64,000 nucleotides of DNA from an uncultured Gemmatimonadales bacterium (GTDB taxonomy: Bacteria; Gemmatimonadota; Gemmatimonadetes; Gemmatimonadales; GWC2-71-9). Where the stretch lies: the NCBI GenBank assembly GCA_963697755.1, contig CAVOPE010000013.1, forward strand, positions 138,676 through 202,675, written 5' to 3'. The position numbers and the translations under genes are program-made. Position 1 is the first letter of the stretch; every line of letters begins with the position of its first letter. Below, in pieces: positions 46,449 through 56,226 of the stretch. Under the pieces are notes generated by a model. That model was not told the DNA's origin and searched no databases. It saw nothing but the letters and a program-made list of their open reading frames with translations.

Positions 46449-47699
46449 GTGAACCTTACCACCGTGCGGCGGGTGAGTCTGTCGGCGGGAATGACCCTCT
46501 TGGGCATCGCGAGCCTGGCCAGTCTCCTCGCGAGCTGCCAGAAGAAGGCGGCCGCGGGGGCCCCACCCCCACCCGAGGTCACCGTCCTGACCGCCCGGCG
46601 GCAGACCATTCCGGGGCAATACGAGTGGGTGGCGCAGGCTGCGGCCTCCAAGAGCGTTCAGATCCGCTCCCAGGTGTCGGGCGTGATCGTCGAGCGGCCC
46701 TATGTGGAGGGCACGGATGTGCCCAAGGGGAAGGTTCTCTTCCGGATCGATCCGCGCACCTACCAGGCCAACTACGAGAGCGCCAAGGCTCGGCTGGCGG
46801 AGACCGAGGCGCAGTTCGCCAATGCCGAGCGCACGCTGAACCGGCTCCGGCCGCTCGTCGCGGAGCGGGCGGTGGCGCAGCAGGACCTCGATAACGCCCA
46901 GGCCAACTATGACCAGGCGCGCGCGGCGGTGCTGGACGCCAGGGCCGCGGTGGACGCCGCGAAGAAGAACTACGACGACACGTTCGTCCGCGCCGAGGTC
47001 AGGGGGCGGGCGGGCCGCGCGCTGGTGGAGGTGGGGGCGCTCACGGCGGGGCCGACGGATCAACTCACCACCGTCGACCAGGTCGACCCGGTCTACGTCT
47101 ATTTCAACCCGTCGGACCAGGACGTGCTGCGCTGGCGGCGGGACATTGCCGCCAAGCGCCTGGTGCTGCCGAAGGGCGTGCTCGACGTGCAGGCCATTCT
47201 GGCCGACGGAAGCGTCTTCCGCCAGACGGGAAAGCTGGACTTCATCGCCCTGGCGCTCCAACCGAGCACCGGCTCGCTCCAGCTCCGCGCCGAATTCCCC
47301 AATCCCCAGCACATCCTGCTCCCGGGCCAATTCGTCAGGGTGCGGCTTCTCGGTCTCAAGCGCAACGACGCGATCCTGGTGCCGCAACGCGCGGTGCAGC
47401 AAGGACTGACTGGCCCCTTCGTCTACCTGCTCGGCGACAGCAACAAGGTGAACGCGCGCAACGTCACCGCGACCTCATGGCAGGGGGTCCAGTGGATCAT
47501 CGAGGACGGCCTCCAGCCCGGTGACAAGGTCATCGTCGATGGAGTCCAGAAGGTCGTGGCCGGTCGCCCGGTGCGACCAGCCGCCTATCACCCCGAAAGC
47601 GACAGCACGCTCAAGGTCCCCGGCGACACGACGGTCATGGCACCTCCATCGGCGGCCCCACCGATCCGACCCACCCCCGACCCGGGGCGCCGGAGATGA
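46449..47699 (+). CDS. RND efflux membrane fusion protein (AcrA/MexA-like lipoprotein)
   Basis: GTG at 46449 after GGGAG. LLASC is a lipobox. Has a coiled-coil hairpin and a beta-barrel domain. Confidence 0.9.
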   Translation: MNLTTVRRVSLSAGMTLLGIASLASLLASCQKKAAAGAPPPPEVTVLTARRQTIPGQYEWVAQAAASKSVQIRSQVSGVIVERPYVEGTDVPKGKVLFRIDPRTYQANYESAKARLAETEAQFANAERTLNRLRPLVAERAVAQQDLDNAQANYDQARAAVLDARAAVDAAKKNYDDTFVRAEVRGRAGRALVEVGALTAGPTDQLTTVDQVDPVYVYFNPSDQDVLRWRRDIAAKRLVLPKGVLDVQAILADGSVFRQTGKLDFIALALQPSTGSLQLRAEFPNPQHILLPGQFVRVRLLGLKRNDAILVPQRAVQQGLTGPFVYLLGDSNKVNARNVTATSWQGVQWIIEDGLQPGDKVIVDGVQKVVAGRPVRPAAYHPESDSTLKVPGDTTVMAPPSAAPPIRPTPDPGRRR

Positions 47700-50600
47700 G
47701 CGATACGCCCGGGATCAGGTATCTCTTCGTACGGCGCCCGATCTTCGCGGGCGTCATCTCCATCGTGATCGTGATGCTCGGCGGGCTGGCGCTGTACACC
47801 CTCCCGATCAACCGGTATCCGCCGATCACTCCCCCCTCAGTCCAGGTCTCGGCGGTGTATCCGGGGGCCACCGCGGAAGACGTCGCGACTGCGGTGGCGG
47901 CGCCGATCGAGCAACAGCTCTCCGGGCTCGACGGCCTGCTGTACTTCAAGTCGTCGAACGCCAGCGACGGAACGATGAACCTGCAGGTGTATTTCGACCT
48001 GTCGCGGGACCTCGATCTCGCGGCGGTGGACGTTCAGAACCAGGTCAACCTGGCCCAACCTCAGCTGCCCCAGGAGGTCGTGCGGCAGGGGATCACCATC
48101 ACGAAGGCCCAGACCGACATTCTCGCGGTCATCGGACTCAGCTCGAAGGATCCCCGCTACGACGCCACCTACCTGAACAACTACGCCCGGATCTACATCA
48201 CCGACGAGCTCAAGCGGGTGCCCGGGGTCGGCGACGCGCAGGGCATCGGCTCGCTCCAGTTCTCGATGCTGCTGAGCCTCGATCCGGACCGCATGACGCA
48301 GCTCGGGCTCACGGTGTCGGATGTACAGAAAGCGGTGCTGGAACAGAACACCACCAATCCGGCGGGTCGGATCGGCCGGGAGCCCGCGCCGCCGGGCAAC
48401 CAACTGACGGTGCCGGTGACGACCATGGGCCGGCTCACCACGCCCCAGGAGTTCGCGGACATCATCGTCCGCGCCCGGTCCGATGGTTCGCTGGTCCGGG
48501 TCAAGGACATCGGCCAGGTCACGCTCGGATCCCAGAGCTACGATCTGGTCGGCAGGGTGAACGGCGCTCCCACGGCCGCTATCCGGTTGTACCTCCGCCC
48601 CGGCGCCAACGCGCTCAACGTGAAGCAGGCGGTCGTGGCGCGGATGAACGAATTGGCCCGGAGCTTTCCGACAGGGGTGTCCTGGTTCATTCCCTTCGAT
48701 ACCACGCCGTTCATCACAGCCTCGATCGACGAGGTGGTAAAGACCCTCTTCGAAGCCATGGTCCTGGTGACCCTGGTGGTCTTCATATTCCTGCAGAGCT
48801 GGCGCACGACCCTGATCCCGGTGCTCGCCGTGCCGGTCGCGATCATCGGCACGTTCTTCGGGCTGCTCGTGCTCGGCTTCCAGATCAACCTGCTCACCCT
48901 GTTCGCCCTGGTGCTCGCCATCGGCATCGTGGTGGACGACGCGATCGTGGTCATCGAGAACGTCGAGCGGATCATGGCGGAGGAGAAAGTGCCACCTGCG
49001 GTGGCCGCCGACCGGGCCATGGGGCAGGTGGCGAGCGCGCTGGTGGCGATCGTGCTCTCCCTCTGTGCCGTGTTCCTCCCCGTCGCCTTTCTGGGCGGGA
49101 TCACCGGCCAGATGTACAAGCAGTTCGCCATCACGCTGGTCGTGTCGGTGGTGATCTCCGGCATCGTGGCGCTCACGCTTACGCCGGCGCTCTGTGCGGT
49201 GCTGCTCAGGCCGGACCAGGGCGCGTCGCGGAACCGTCTGTTCGGCTGGTTCAACCGCGGCTTCGGGCGGGCCAGCGGGGGCTACGTGCGTTCGGTGGGC
49301 GGGATCATCGCGCGTCCTTCGCGCTGGATCGCCTGCTTCGCGGTGATGCTGGTGCTGATCGTGATCCTCGCGCGCCGCGTGCCGACCGGGTTCATTCCCA
49401 CCGAAGACAAAGGCTACTTCGGGGTGGTGCTCCAACTGCCCGACGGCGCCTCGCTCCAGCGCACCGTGGCCGTCACGCAGCGGATCGAGGACTTCCTGCT
49501 GAAGCAGCCGGCCGTGGCCTACGTGGTCAACTTCAGCGGCCTGAGCTTCGTGCTCGGCACCAACCAGACCAACGCGGCGTCGATGTTCGTGCTCCTGAAG
49601 CCGTGGGACGAGCGGACCACGAAGCAGGCGCAGCTCGACGCCGTGCTGCAGGCGACCAACGGATTTCTCTCCTCGCTCCCCGACGCCGTCGCGTTCGGTT
49701 TCAACCTCCCCGAGATCCCTGGACTGGGCACGACCGCGGGCCTGGAGGTCAACCTCCAGGACCGCAGTGTCAACGACATCCGGAAGTTCGCCGGGCTGGT
49801 GAACGAGTACACCCAGCAGGCCAACGCCCAGCCGGCGCTGCAGGGAGTCCAAACGCTCATGCGGGTCAACGTGCCCCAGATCAACGTCCGCGTGGACCGG
49901 GAGAAGGTCAAGGCACTCGGGGTCTCGCTGACCGACGTGTTCCAGACGCTGCAGACCATGCTCTCGACGCTCTACGTCAACGACTTCAACCTGTATGGCC
50001 GGACCTATCGCGTGCAGCTCGAAGCCCAGGCGCGGTTCCGTCTGCGGCCGGAGGACATCGGCCGGCTGTACGTGCGGGGGCCGGACAGTGCCATGATTCC
50101 GATCTCCAGCCTCACGCGCACCGAGTTTCGCGGGGGCCCCAGTCTGGTGCAGCGATTCAACGGGTTCACCTCCGCTCTGGTCACCGGCCAGCCCAAGCCG
50201 GGCTTCAGCTCCGGCCAGATGCTGGCGGCGGTCCGGCGGGTGGCCGACTCGGCCTTCGTACCCCGGGGGATGGGGTATGCGTTCAGCGGCCAGTCGTATC
50301 AGGAGAGCGCCGCCAGTGGACAGGGCGGCCTGGTCCTCCTGTTCGGCCTGGTGATGGTGTTCCTGGTGCTGGCGGCGCAGTACGAGAGCTGGTCCATCCC
50401 CTTTGCCGTGCTGCTCGGGGTTCCCTTCGGCGCCTTCGGGGCGTTCCTCGGCGTGTGGCTGCGCGGCCTGGCGAGCGACGTCTACTTCCAGATCGGGCTG
50501 CTGGTGGTGGTCGGACTCGCGGCCAAGAACGCCATTCTGATCGTGGAGTTCGCCAGCCAGCTCCGGGCGCAGGGACGCTCCATTCGCGAGGCGGCGGTGG

Positions 50601-50887
50601 AAGCGGCCCACGAGCGGTTCCGGCCGATCCTGATGACGTCGTTTGCGTTCATCCTCGGCGTCGCTCCACTGCTCATCGCCAGCGGGGCCGGTGCGCAGAG
50701 CAGACACTCGATCGGGACCGGCGTGTTCTTCGGCATGCTCGCCGCGACCACCATCGGGATCTTCTTCATCCCACTCTTCTTCTATCTGATCGGCAGCCTC
50801 GGCGAGCGAGGACTCTTTCGTCGCCGGGCTGTCACACCGGTGCCGGCCGGCGCCGGGGCTACCCCAGTCTCCGAAGGCGAGCGTTGA
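47696..50887 (+). CDS. RND multidrug efflux permease (HAE1, AcrB/MexB-like)
   Basis: 1063 codons. The ATGA overlap couples it to the MFP gene. Has 12-TM architecture and conserved blocks (VVDDAIVVIENVER, LAAKNAILIVEFA). Confidence 0.95.
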   Translation: MSDTPGIRYLFVRRPIFAGVISIVIVMLGGLALYTLPINRYPPITPPSVQVSAVYPGATAEDVATAVAAPIEQQLSGLDGLLYFKSSNASDGTMNLQVYFDLSRDLDLAAVDVQNQVNLAQPQLPQEVVRQGITITKAQTDILAVIGLSSKDPRYDATYLNNYARIYITDELKRVPGVGDAQGIGSLQFSMLLSLDPDRMTQLGLTVSDVQKAVLEQNTTNPAGRIGREPAPPGNQLTVPVTTMGRLTTPQEFADIIVRARSDGSLVRVKDIGQVTLGSQSYDLVGRVNGAPTAAIRLYLRPGANALNVKQAVVARMNELARSFPTGVSWFIPFDTTPFITASIDEVVKTLFEAMVLVTLVVFIFLQSWRTTLIPVLAVPVAIIGTFFGLLVLGFQINLLTLFALVLAIGIVVDDAIVVIENVERIMAEEKVPPAVAADRAMGQVASALVAIVLSLCAVFLPVAFLGGITGQMYKQFAITLVVSVVISGIVALTLTPALCAVLLRPDQGASRNRLFGWFNRGFGRASGGYVRSVGGIIARPSRWIACFAVMLVLIVILARRVPTGFIPTEDKGYFGVVLQLPDGASLQRTVAVTQRIEDFLLKQPAVAYVVNFSGLSFVLGTNQTNAASMFVLLKPWDERTTKQAQLDAVLQATNGFLSSLPDAVAFGFNLPEIPGLGTTAGLEVNLQDRSVNDIRKFAGLVNEYTQQANAQPALQGVQTLMRVNVPQINVRVDREKVKALGVSLTDVFQTLQTMLSTLYVNDFNLYGRTYRVQLEAQARFRLRPEDIGRLYVRGPDSAMIPISSLTRTEFRGGPSLVQRFNGFTSALVTGQPKPGFSSGQMLAAVRRVADSAFVPRGMGYAFSGQSYQESAASGQGGLVLLFGLVMVFLVLAAQYESWSIPFAVLLGVPFGAFGAFLGVWLRGLASDVYFQIGLLVVVGLAAKNAILIVEFASQLRAQGRSIREAAVEAAHERFRPILMTSFAFILGVAPLLIASGAGAQSRHSIGTGVFFGMLAATTIGIFFIPLFFYLIGSLGERGLFRRRAVTPVPAGAGATPVSEGER

Positions 50888-50888
50888 G

Positions 50889-52409
50889 ATGGGCCGACTG
50901 ATGCCGACGGCAATGCTGGTGGGTGCGGCCGTGGGGTGCGCCGTCGGCCCCGGCTATCGGCGGCCCGAAGTGGGTGTGCCGACCGATTGGCGTCACACCG
51001 ACGCGGCAGCCGACTCGCTTCGGCCGTTCTATGACTCGCTGATGGCGAACCGGGACACGCTCCGGCTCGATCCCAATCAGCCGGAGTCGGTCTCCGTCGA
51101 CAGCTCGGCGCGCGCGGGGGCGTACCTCGCGGACACGACGAGCAGCCTGGTCTGGTTCGACCTGCTGCAGGACCCGGAGCTGCGCGGACTGGTGGAGACG
51201 GCGCTCCGGGAAAACCGCGATGTGCGGGTCGCCGTCGCGACGATCGAGGAGTTCCGGGCCCAATACGGGGTGGCCAAGGGCGACTTCTTTCCTCAGATCA
51301 GTCTGAATGCACAGGGAGGTCGCACCAAGAGCGTGGTGGGCGGCACTGGATTGTTCACCTACAACCAGCTCCAGGCCACGGCGAACCTGTCATGGGAGCT
51401 CGATTTCTGGGGTCGGATCCGGCGCTCGACCGAGGCGGCGCGGAACGATCTCCTGGCTCAGCGGGAGAACCAGCGCGCGGTCGTCCTCACGCTCGTCGGC
51501 GACGTCGCCACGACGTACCTCCAGCTCCGCGAATTCGACCTGGAGTTGGAGATTTCCCGCAGAACCCTCGCTGCGAACCGGGAGACGTACCGGCTCGCGC
51601 GCCGGCGGTTCGATCAGGGACTCATCTCAGAGCTGGATGTCCGGCAGTTCGAATCCGAAGTGGCCAGCCCGGCGGCGAGTGTCGCACAACTGGAGGGGCT
51701 GGTCACCCAGACCGAGAATCAGCTCAGAGCCCTGGTGGGGCGGAATCCGGGGACCATCACTCGCGGGCGGCCCCTGACCGACGTCCTGGGACATCTCTCG
51801 ATACCGGCGTACGTCCCGTCGAATCTGCTCGAGCGCCGCCCGGATGTGCGGGAGGCGGAGGCCCAGCTCCACGCTGCGACGGCACGAGTAGGCGTCGCCA
51901 AGGGCGATCTCCTTCCCAAGCTCATCGCGACCGGATACTACGGCACGTTCAGCGCGAACACGAGCGACCTGTTCACCCAGAACAGCGAGATCTATCAGAT
52001 CCTCGGCGGCGTTTCGATGCCGCTCTTTACCGGCGGCAAGGTGGGGAAGCAGGTGGATGTCGCGCGGGCGCGAGCGGAGCAGTCGCGCTATCGCTACGAG
52101 CAGACGATACTGACCGCACTCCGCGAGGCGGAGGATGCGTTCGCGGGGGTTCGCGCCGCCCGGAACCAGGTGGCTGCCCAGCAAACCCAGGTGGACGCGC
52201 TCCGTCGTGCGCTCCGGCTGGCCGAGATGCGATACCAGTCGGGCGCCTCGAGCTACCTCGATCTCCTCGACGCCCAGCGGAGCCTGTTCGGCGCCGAGCT
52301 CTCCCTCGCCCAGGTCCAGGGTCAGCAGGCCACGGCCGCCGTCACGCTCTACCAGGCGCTGGGCGGTGGGTGGCCGGTGACACCGTCGGACTCGATCCCG
52401 CCACCCTGA
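50889..52409 (+). CDS. Outer-membrane factor lipoprotein (NodT/OprM family)
   Basis: GAAVGC is a lipobox. Two TolC-like repeats. The start is 1 nt after the RND stop. Confidence 0.9.
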   Translation: MGRLMPTAMLVGAAVGCAVGPGYRRPEVGVPTDWRHTDAAADSLRPFYDSLMANRDTLRLDPNQPESVSVDSSARAGAYLADTTSSLVWFDLLQDPELRGLVETALRENRDVRVAVATIEEFRAQYGVAKGDFFPQISLNAQGGRTKSVVGGTGLFTYNQLQATANLSWELDFWGRIRRSTEAARNDLLAQRENQRAVVLTLVGDVATTYLQLREFDLELEISRRTLAANRETYRLARRRFDQGLISELDVRQFESEVASPAASVAQLEGLVTQTENQLRALVGRNPGTITRGRPLTDVLGHLSIPAYVPSNLLERRPDVREAEAQLHAATARVGVAKGDLLPKLIATGYYGTFSANTSDLFTQNSEIYQILGGVSMPLFTGGKVGKQVDVARARAEQSRYRYEQTILTALREAEDAFAGVRAARNQVAAQQTQVDALRRALRLAEMRYQSGASSYLDLLDAQRSLFGAELSLAQVQGQQATAAVTLYQALGGGWPVTPSDSIPPP

Positions 52410-52493
52410 CGGCGGGTTCGGCGGGTGGAATCCGGGCCGGCACAATTCGGCGGGTGGCCGGCTAGCCCACCACCCGCCGCGCTCGTCCCTGCT

Positions 52494-53036
52494 TCAGGCG
52501 GTCGCTGCCACGCCCGCGGGCCGGCGGGCCAGCACGTTCACCAGCCCACCCCCTACGCCGGCGGCGAGGGCGGCCAGCTTGAACGCCGGCGCCCAGCTAT
52601 GGTCGATTCCCAGCACCGCGTCGAGTGAGAATGGTCCGTAGCCGGTGAACGCGAGCGCAACGGCGCCGGTGGCGTACAACAGCGGCACCTCGATGCCGTT
52701 CGTCCCGGCGAAGAGCCCGTTCTTCCAGTGCACGCTGATCGCGGCCACGATCATGACCGAGAGCACCAGGGCCGGCCCCACCGGACCGAAGAGACCCAGC
52801 GCGATCAGGAGGCCGCCTACCATCTCGGAGAGGGAGGCGGTGACGACGAACAGCCTGCCCGGACGAAAGCCCAGCTGCTCGAAGAACCCGGCGGTGCCGG
52901 CGATCCCGTAGCCGCCGAGCCAGCCGAACAGCTTCTGGCCGCTGTGGGCCACCATGAGCACGCCGAGGATCAGCCGCGCGAGCAGCAGGCCGGTGCCCAG
53001 GGTAGCAGCGTCAGTTACATAGGTCATGGACGACAT
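52494..53036 (-). CDS. DoxX-family membrane protein
   Basis: ATG at 53036 after GAGG. LLLARLILGVLMVAHSGQKLFG... with four TM helices. Confidence 0.8.
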   Translation of the reverse strand: MSSMTYVTDAATLGTGLLLARLILGVLMVAHSGQKLFGWLGGYGIAGTAGFFEQLGFRPGRLFVVTASLSEMVGGLLIALGLFGPVGPALVLSVMIVAAISVHWKNGLFAGTNGIEVPLLYATGAVALAFTGYGPFSLDAVLGIDHSWAPAFKLAALAAGVGGGLVNVLARRPAGVAATA

Positions 53037-53083
53037 GTGAGCCTCGCGGAAAACGTTGTGCTCAACTGCCTGTGACAACATAT

Positions 53084-53095
53084 ATGTTATAACAT
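53084..53095. promoter_or_regulatory. Perfect palindrome ATGTTATAACAT, operator copy 1 (upstream of doxX)
   Basis: Identical 12-mer, with an identical AT flank, at 53595-53606. Both sit in short AT-rich islands within GC-rich DNA. Confidence 0.65.
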
Positions 53096-53114
53096 CAATA
53101 TGGTCCGGAAAGTT

Positions 53115-53591
53115 TCAGAGGGCGTCCCGGACGTCCGCCAGCCCATCGATGATCTGCTGCAGCCGCTCGGCCTCGAAGTGGCCGAAGTGCTCCCGCTCGA
53201 ACGCTTCGAGCTCGGGAGTGGTCTCGTCCAGCAGGCGCAGGCCTTTGGCAGTGATGCGGGCCGTGACGTGCCGGCGGTCGGTGGCGTCCCGCTCACGCCG
53301 GAGGAGCTGCATGCCCTCCATGCGATCCAGCAGGCGCGACACGTCCGGCACCTGCGAGACCAGGCGCTCCGAGATCTCGCGCCCGCACAACCCTTCCGCG
53401 CCGGCGCCCCGAAGGATCCGCAGCACGTTGTACTGCAGCTCGGTGATCCCAAAGGGACGCAGGATTTCGTTGATGCGATGCTCGAGCCGCGCCGCCGTCC
53501 GCAGCACGCTGAGGAGCGCCTCGCTGCTCCGGCGCGGAAACGGTTTGCTCTGCTTGATCTCGGCCTGCAGTCGGGAGGACATACTGTACAT
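53115..53591 (-). CDS. MarR-family transcriptional regulator
   Basis: ITELQYNVLRILRGAGAEGLCGREISERLVSQVPDVSRLLDRMEGMQLLRRERDATDRRHV is a winged HTH. The first ATG (53591) lies inside the putative -10 box, so ATG 53582 (MSSRLQ...) may be the real, leaderless start. Confidence 0.85.
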   Translation of the reverse strand: MYSMSSRLQAEIKQSKPFPRRSSEALLSVLRTAARLEHRINEILRPFGITELQYNVLRILRGAGAEGLCGREISERLVSQVPDVSRLLDRMEGMQLLRRERDATDRRHVTARITAKGLRLLDETTPELEAFEREHFGHFEAERLQQIIDGLADVRDAL

Positions 53592-53616
53592 TATATGTTA
53601 TAACATTCATTGTCAA
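53588..53616 (-). promoter_or_regulatory. Sigma-70-like promoter of marR (TTGACA-17 nt-TAATGT) with operator copy 2 (53595-53606) in the spacer
   Basis: The minus strand reads CTTGACA ATGAATGTTATAACATA TAATGT ACAGT ATG. The -35 is at 53616-53611 and the -10 at 53593-53588. The ATG at 53582 is about 6 nt downstream. Confidence 0.55.
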
Positions 53617-53991
53617 GAGGACGGCAGGCGCGAACCGGGAAGGGCGCTCAAGGGGCTCGATGCCGCGCGGCGGCGTCGAGCCCTCGGCCGCCTGAGAGCG
53701 AGCCACGGTTCGACCGCCACTCCAGCACATCCCCTCCTGGGAAGCTCGACTTGAGGTGCCCTGGCGGGACTATCCCAAGGTCCACTACCCAGGTCCCTAC
53801 CAGGCCACAAAACTGACAAGCTGTCTCGCGCGAAGGGCCTCAGGGGTCGGGACGGTAAGATGACGTTCACCATGTTCATGTGGCGCCCCCGACAGCCCGT
53901 CGCGGGGATCGACACGATGAAGCCCGCGCTCGTCTACGAGGTGCCCACGCAAGACGTGAAGGTTTGCCGAGGCTCGAAGGGGGGACAACCG

Positions 53992-55401
53992 ATGCAGTCA
54001 CCCGATCAGAACGCCAGGTCAGTCGCAGCCGCGTGGGGCGGCCCAGTCCTGATGTCCGTGCTTTTCCTGCTGCCCCAGGCCCTGAGCGCGCAAGCATCCG
54101 AGTTCACCATTCCGCCCAGCAGTATCCTGCCCAACTACGACCGGGTCAGCGTCGGCCAGCGGGAGGCGCTCGAGGGCGGCGCCTATGTGGCCCGGACCGA
54201 CGATGCGCTGGCCAACTGGTACAATCCGGCGGGCCTGGTGTCGAGCGAGAAGACGGCCATCAATGCCAGCTCGAATGCCTACGAATTGACCAAGACGACC
54301 CTGACCGGAATCGGGGAGAAGAGCTCGGGCACTCGGTTCTCGCCGATAGGCGGGTTCTTCGGGGTCGTCGTGGGGGCGCCGATCGCGAAGAGCCCGCGCT
54401 GGCGATTGGGCTTCGGCTACACCAAGCCGGTGGCCTGGTCGCCCAGTACCTTGGACGGAGCCTTCAACTTGCCGGCTGGGGGCGGCACGGAGGCCTTCGA
54501 CTATACCACGTCCGCGAGTTTCGGGACGATCATCCCGAGCCTGAACGGCGGCTACCGGCTCTCGCCGACGATACGGGTGGGGGCGGGAGTCGGCTATGGG
54601 GTGACCGAGCTCACCCAGAACCAGACCATCACCGACCGTCTGATTCTCCCGACCGGCGTCACCACGGCCATTCGGGTGTTCTCGACCGACGGTAGCGTGC
54701 AGCATCTCCTCGTGACCGTCGGCGCGCAGTGGGACCTCGCGCCCGCCTTCACGCTGGGTGCGCTGCTCACCTCCCCCGGTCTCCGGATCGGCGGGGGCAG
54801 CAAGATCAAGTTCTCCCAGACCGTGTTCGAGGCGGCCGGCCTCGAGAACGATCTCGCGTTCCGGGACTCCGACGCCAAGTTCGACTATAAGATCCCCGTC
54901 AGAGCAACGGCCGGGGCGACCTTCCGCTATTCCAAGGGCCAGGTGGAGCTGGACGTCCGCTATTTCGGCGCGCAAGACGAGTACGACCTTCTCTCCAGCG
55001 ACTCCTTGGCCGTCCGGATCACCACCGACGCCGTCGGGACGCCGACCATCACCAATCCGAGCTTCACGCCGGTGGTCAACCGGGCACGCTCGATCGTGAG
55101 CTTCGCCCTGGGTGCCAACTTCTCCCTCTCTCCATCGTTCCGGCTGCACGCCGGGGTGTTCACCGATCCCTCTCCGGTGAGCGGGCCTTCGCAATCGAGC
55201 TTCCGGGCGGTGGACCTCACCGGGGCCTCGGGCGGCATCTCACTCGGGTCCGGGAGGCTGACAGGCTCGCTGGGCATCTCCTCTTCGTGGGGAACGACGA
55301 CGGAGCGAGCGGTCGGTCCCACGCTGGGGGGGGTGCAGGGGACGACGGAGGTGAGCATCCGGACCTTTACCGGGCTGTACGCGGTCTCGTTCACCTTCTG
55401 A
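53992..55401 (+). CDS. FadL/TodX-like outer-membrane transport protein
   Basis: ATG at 53992 after AGGGGGG. Signal peptide ends ...ALSAQA. NWYNPAGL motif, long beta-barrel, and terminal ...YAVSFTF. Confidence 0.75.
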   Translation: MQSPDQNARSVAAAWGGPVLMSVLFLLPQALSAQASEFTIPPSSILPNYDRVSVGQREALEGGAYVARTDDALANWYNPAGLVSSEKTAINASSNAYELTKTTLTGIGEKSSGTRFSPIGGFFGVVVGAPIAKSPRWRLGFGYTKPVAWSPSTLDGAFNLPAGGGTEAFDYTTSASFGTIIPSLNGGYRLSPTIRVGAGVGYGVTELTQNQTITDRLILPTGVTTAIRVFSTDGSVQHLLVTVGAQWDLAPAFTLGALLTSPGLRIGGGSKIKFSQTVFEAAGLENDLAFRDSDAKFDYKIPVRATAGATFRYSKGQVELDVRYFGAQDEYDLLSSDSLAVRITTDAVGTPTITNPSFTPVVNRARSIVSFALGANFSLSPSFRLHAGVFTDPSPVSGPSQSSFRAVDLTGASGGISLGSGRLTGSLGISSSWGTTTERAVGPTLGGVQGTTEVSIRTFTGLYAVSFTF

Positions 55402-56191
55402 GCGTCGCAGAGCGATTGGTCGACACGTCGAGAGACGTGCCTCCTCGCGCCTGGTCGTCGGCCTACTTCGAGACTTGTCCGCCACCGAGCGTCTCGCCGA
55501 AAGCTCCCGAGGTCCTGCTGTTCTGCGTGCAGGTGCAGGGCCTTCCGGGCTGCGGCTGCAGCGTCCTGACCGAGGGCACGGGTGTCATGGGGGTCAGCAG
55601 CGCGTCGCGATCTCCTCCACACTCCGGGCAACTGTACGTGTCGTTCATGGCCGGTCCTTGTTCCACGGAACGGGAGACTCGCTCCTCGTCGCGGGCTGGT
55701 GTCGACCGTGACGAGAGTGCCCCCTTCGTCGTGGTTGCCCAGTCCCACTCTGGCCGGACTGCCGCTGCTTACCAGCGGGTTTGCCCGGCGCACCCGAGGC
55801 GGGGGGCTTCCGCCGGCCCCAATCTCTTTGATCCTGATGTGAGCGGTTCCGGGACGCATCGCGAGCACCTGGGACCTCGTCTGCCGTGGTGTGCTCGTGG
55901 GCGCCTTCTTCCGCCCGCCTTTCTGCCGCGGCAAACTCCGCCTGCAGTCGGCGCGTAGCATCCATTGCATCTTCGGGTCTGGTCTGGCTGGTTCGTTTAG
56001 GCATTCGGTTCAGTATTGATGCGAGGAAGTGAAGCGGCGTACTCAGCAGTCGGCGAGTGCGCACAATGCGCGCTGGACGGTCGGCATGATTTGGCTTTGG
56101 TTGGTACGTCCATGTGGCTGTCACAGGCGCCCGCAGCGACGATTGTAACCTGCATGTTCTGCAGGTCAAAGTCAAGCAGTTGTTTAAGTAT

Positions 56192-56220
56192 TTGACTGCG
56201 TCTATGCCTGCGACTACTCT
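56192..56220 (+). promoter_or_regulatory. Candidate promoter TTGACT-17 nt-TACTCT for a leaderless arsR-type gene
   Basis: The -10 ends 6 nt before ATG 56227 and there is no SD. The region is locally AT-rich. A CCTGCA-tgttc-TGCAGG hairpin lies at about 56149-56165. Confidence 0.35.
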
Positions 56221-56226
56221 TGACCC

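Noticed and set aside
47837-50707. 956-codon minus-strand ORF opposite the RND pump
   Set aside because: It is antisense to an unmistakable AcrB-like gene and has a low-complexity Arg/His/Gly-rich translation. The same reasoning applies to other long antisense ORFs, such as 5537..6871, 8340..9611, 39781..41556 and 34947..36542.
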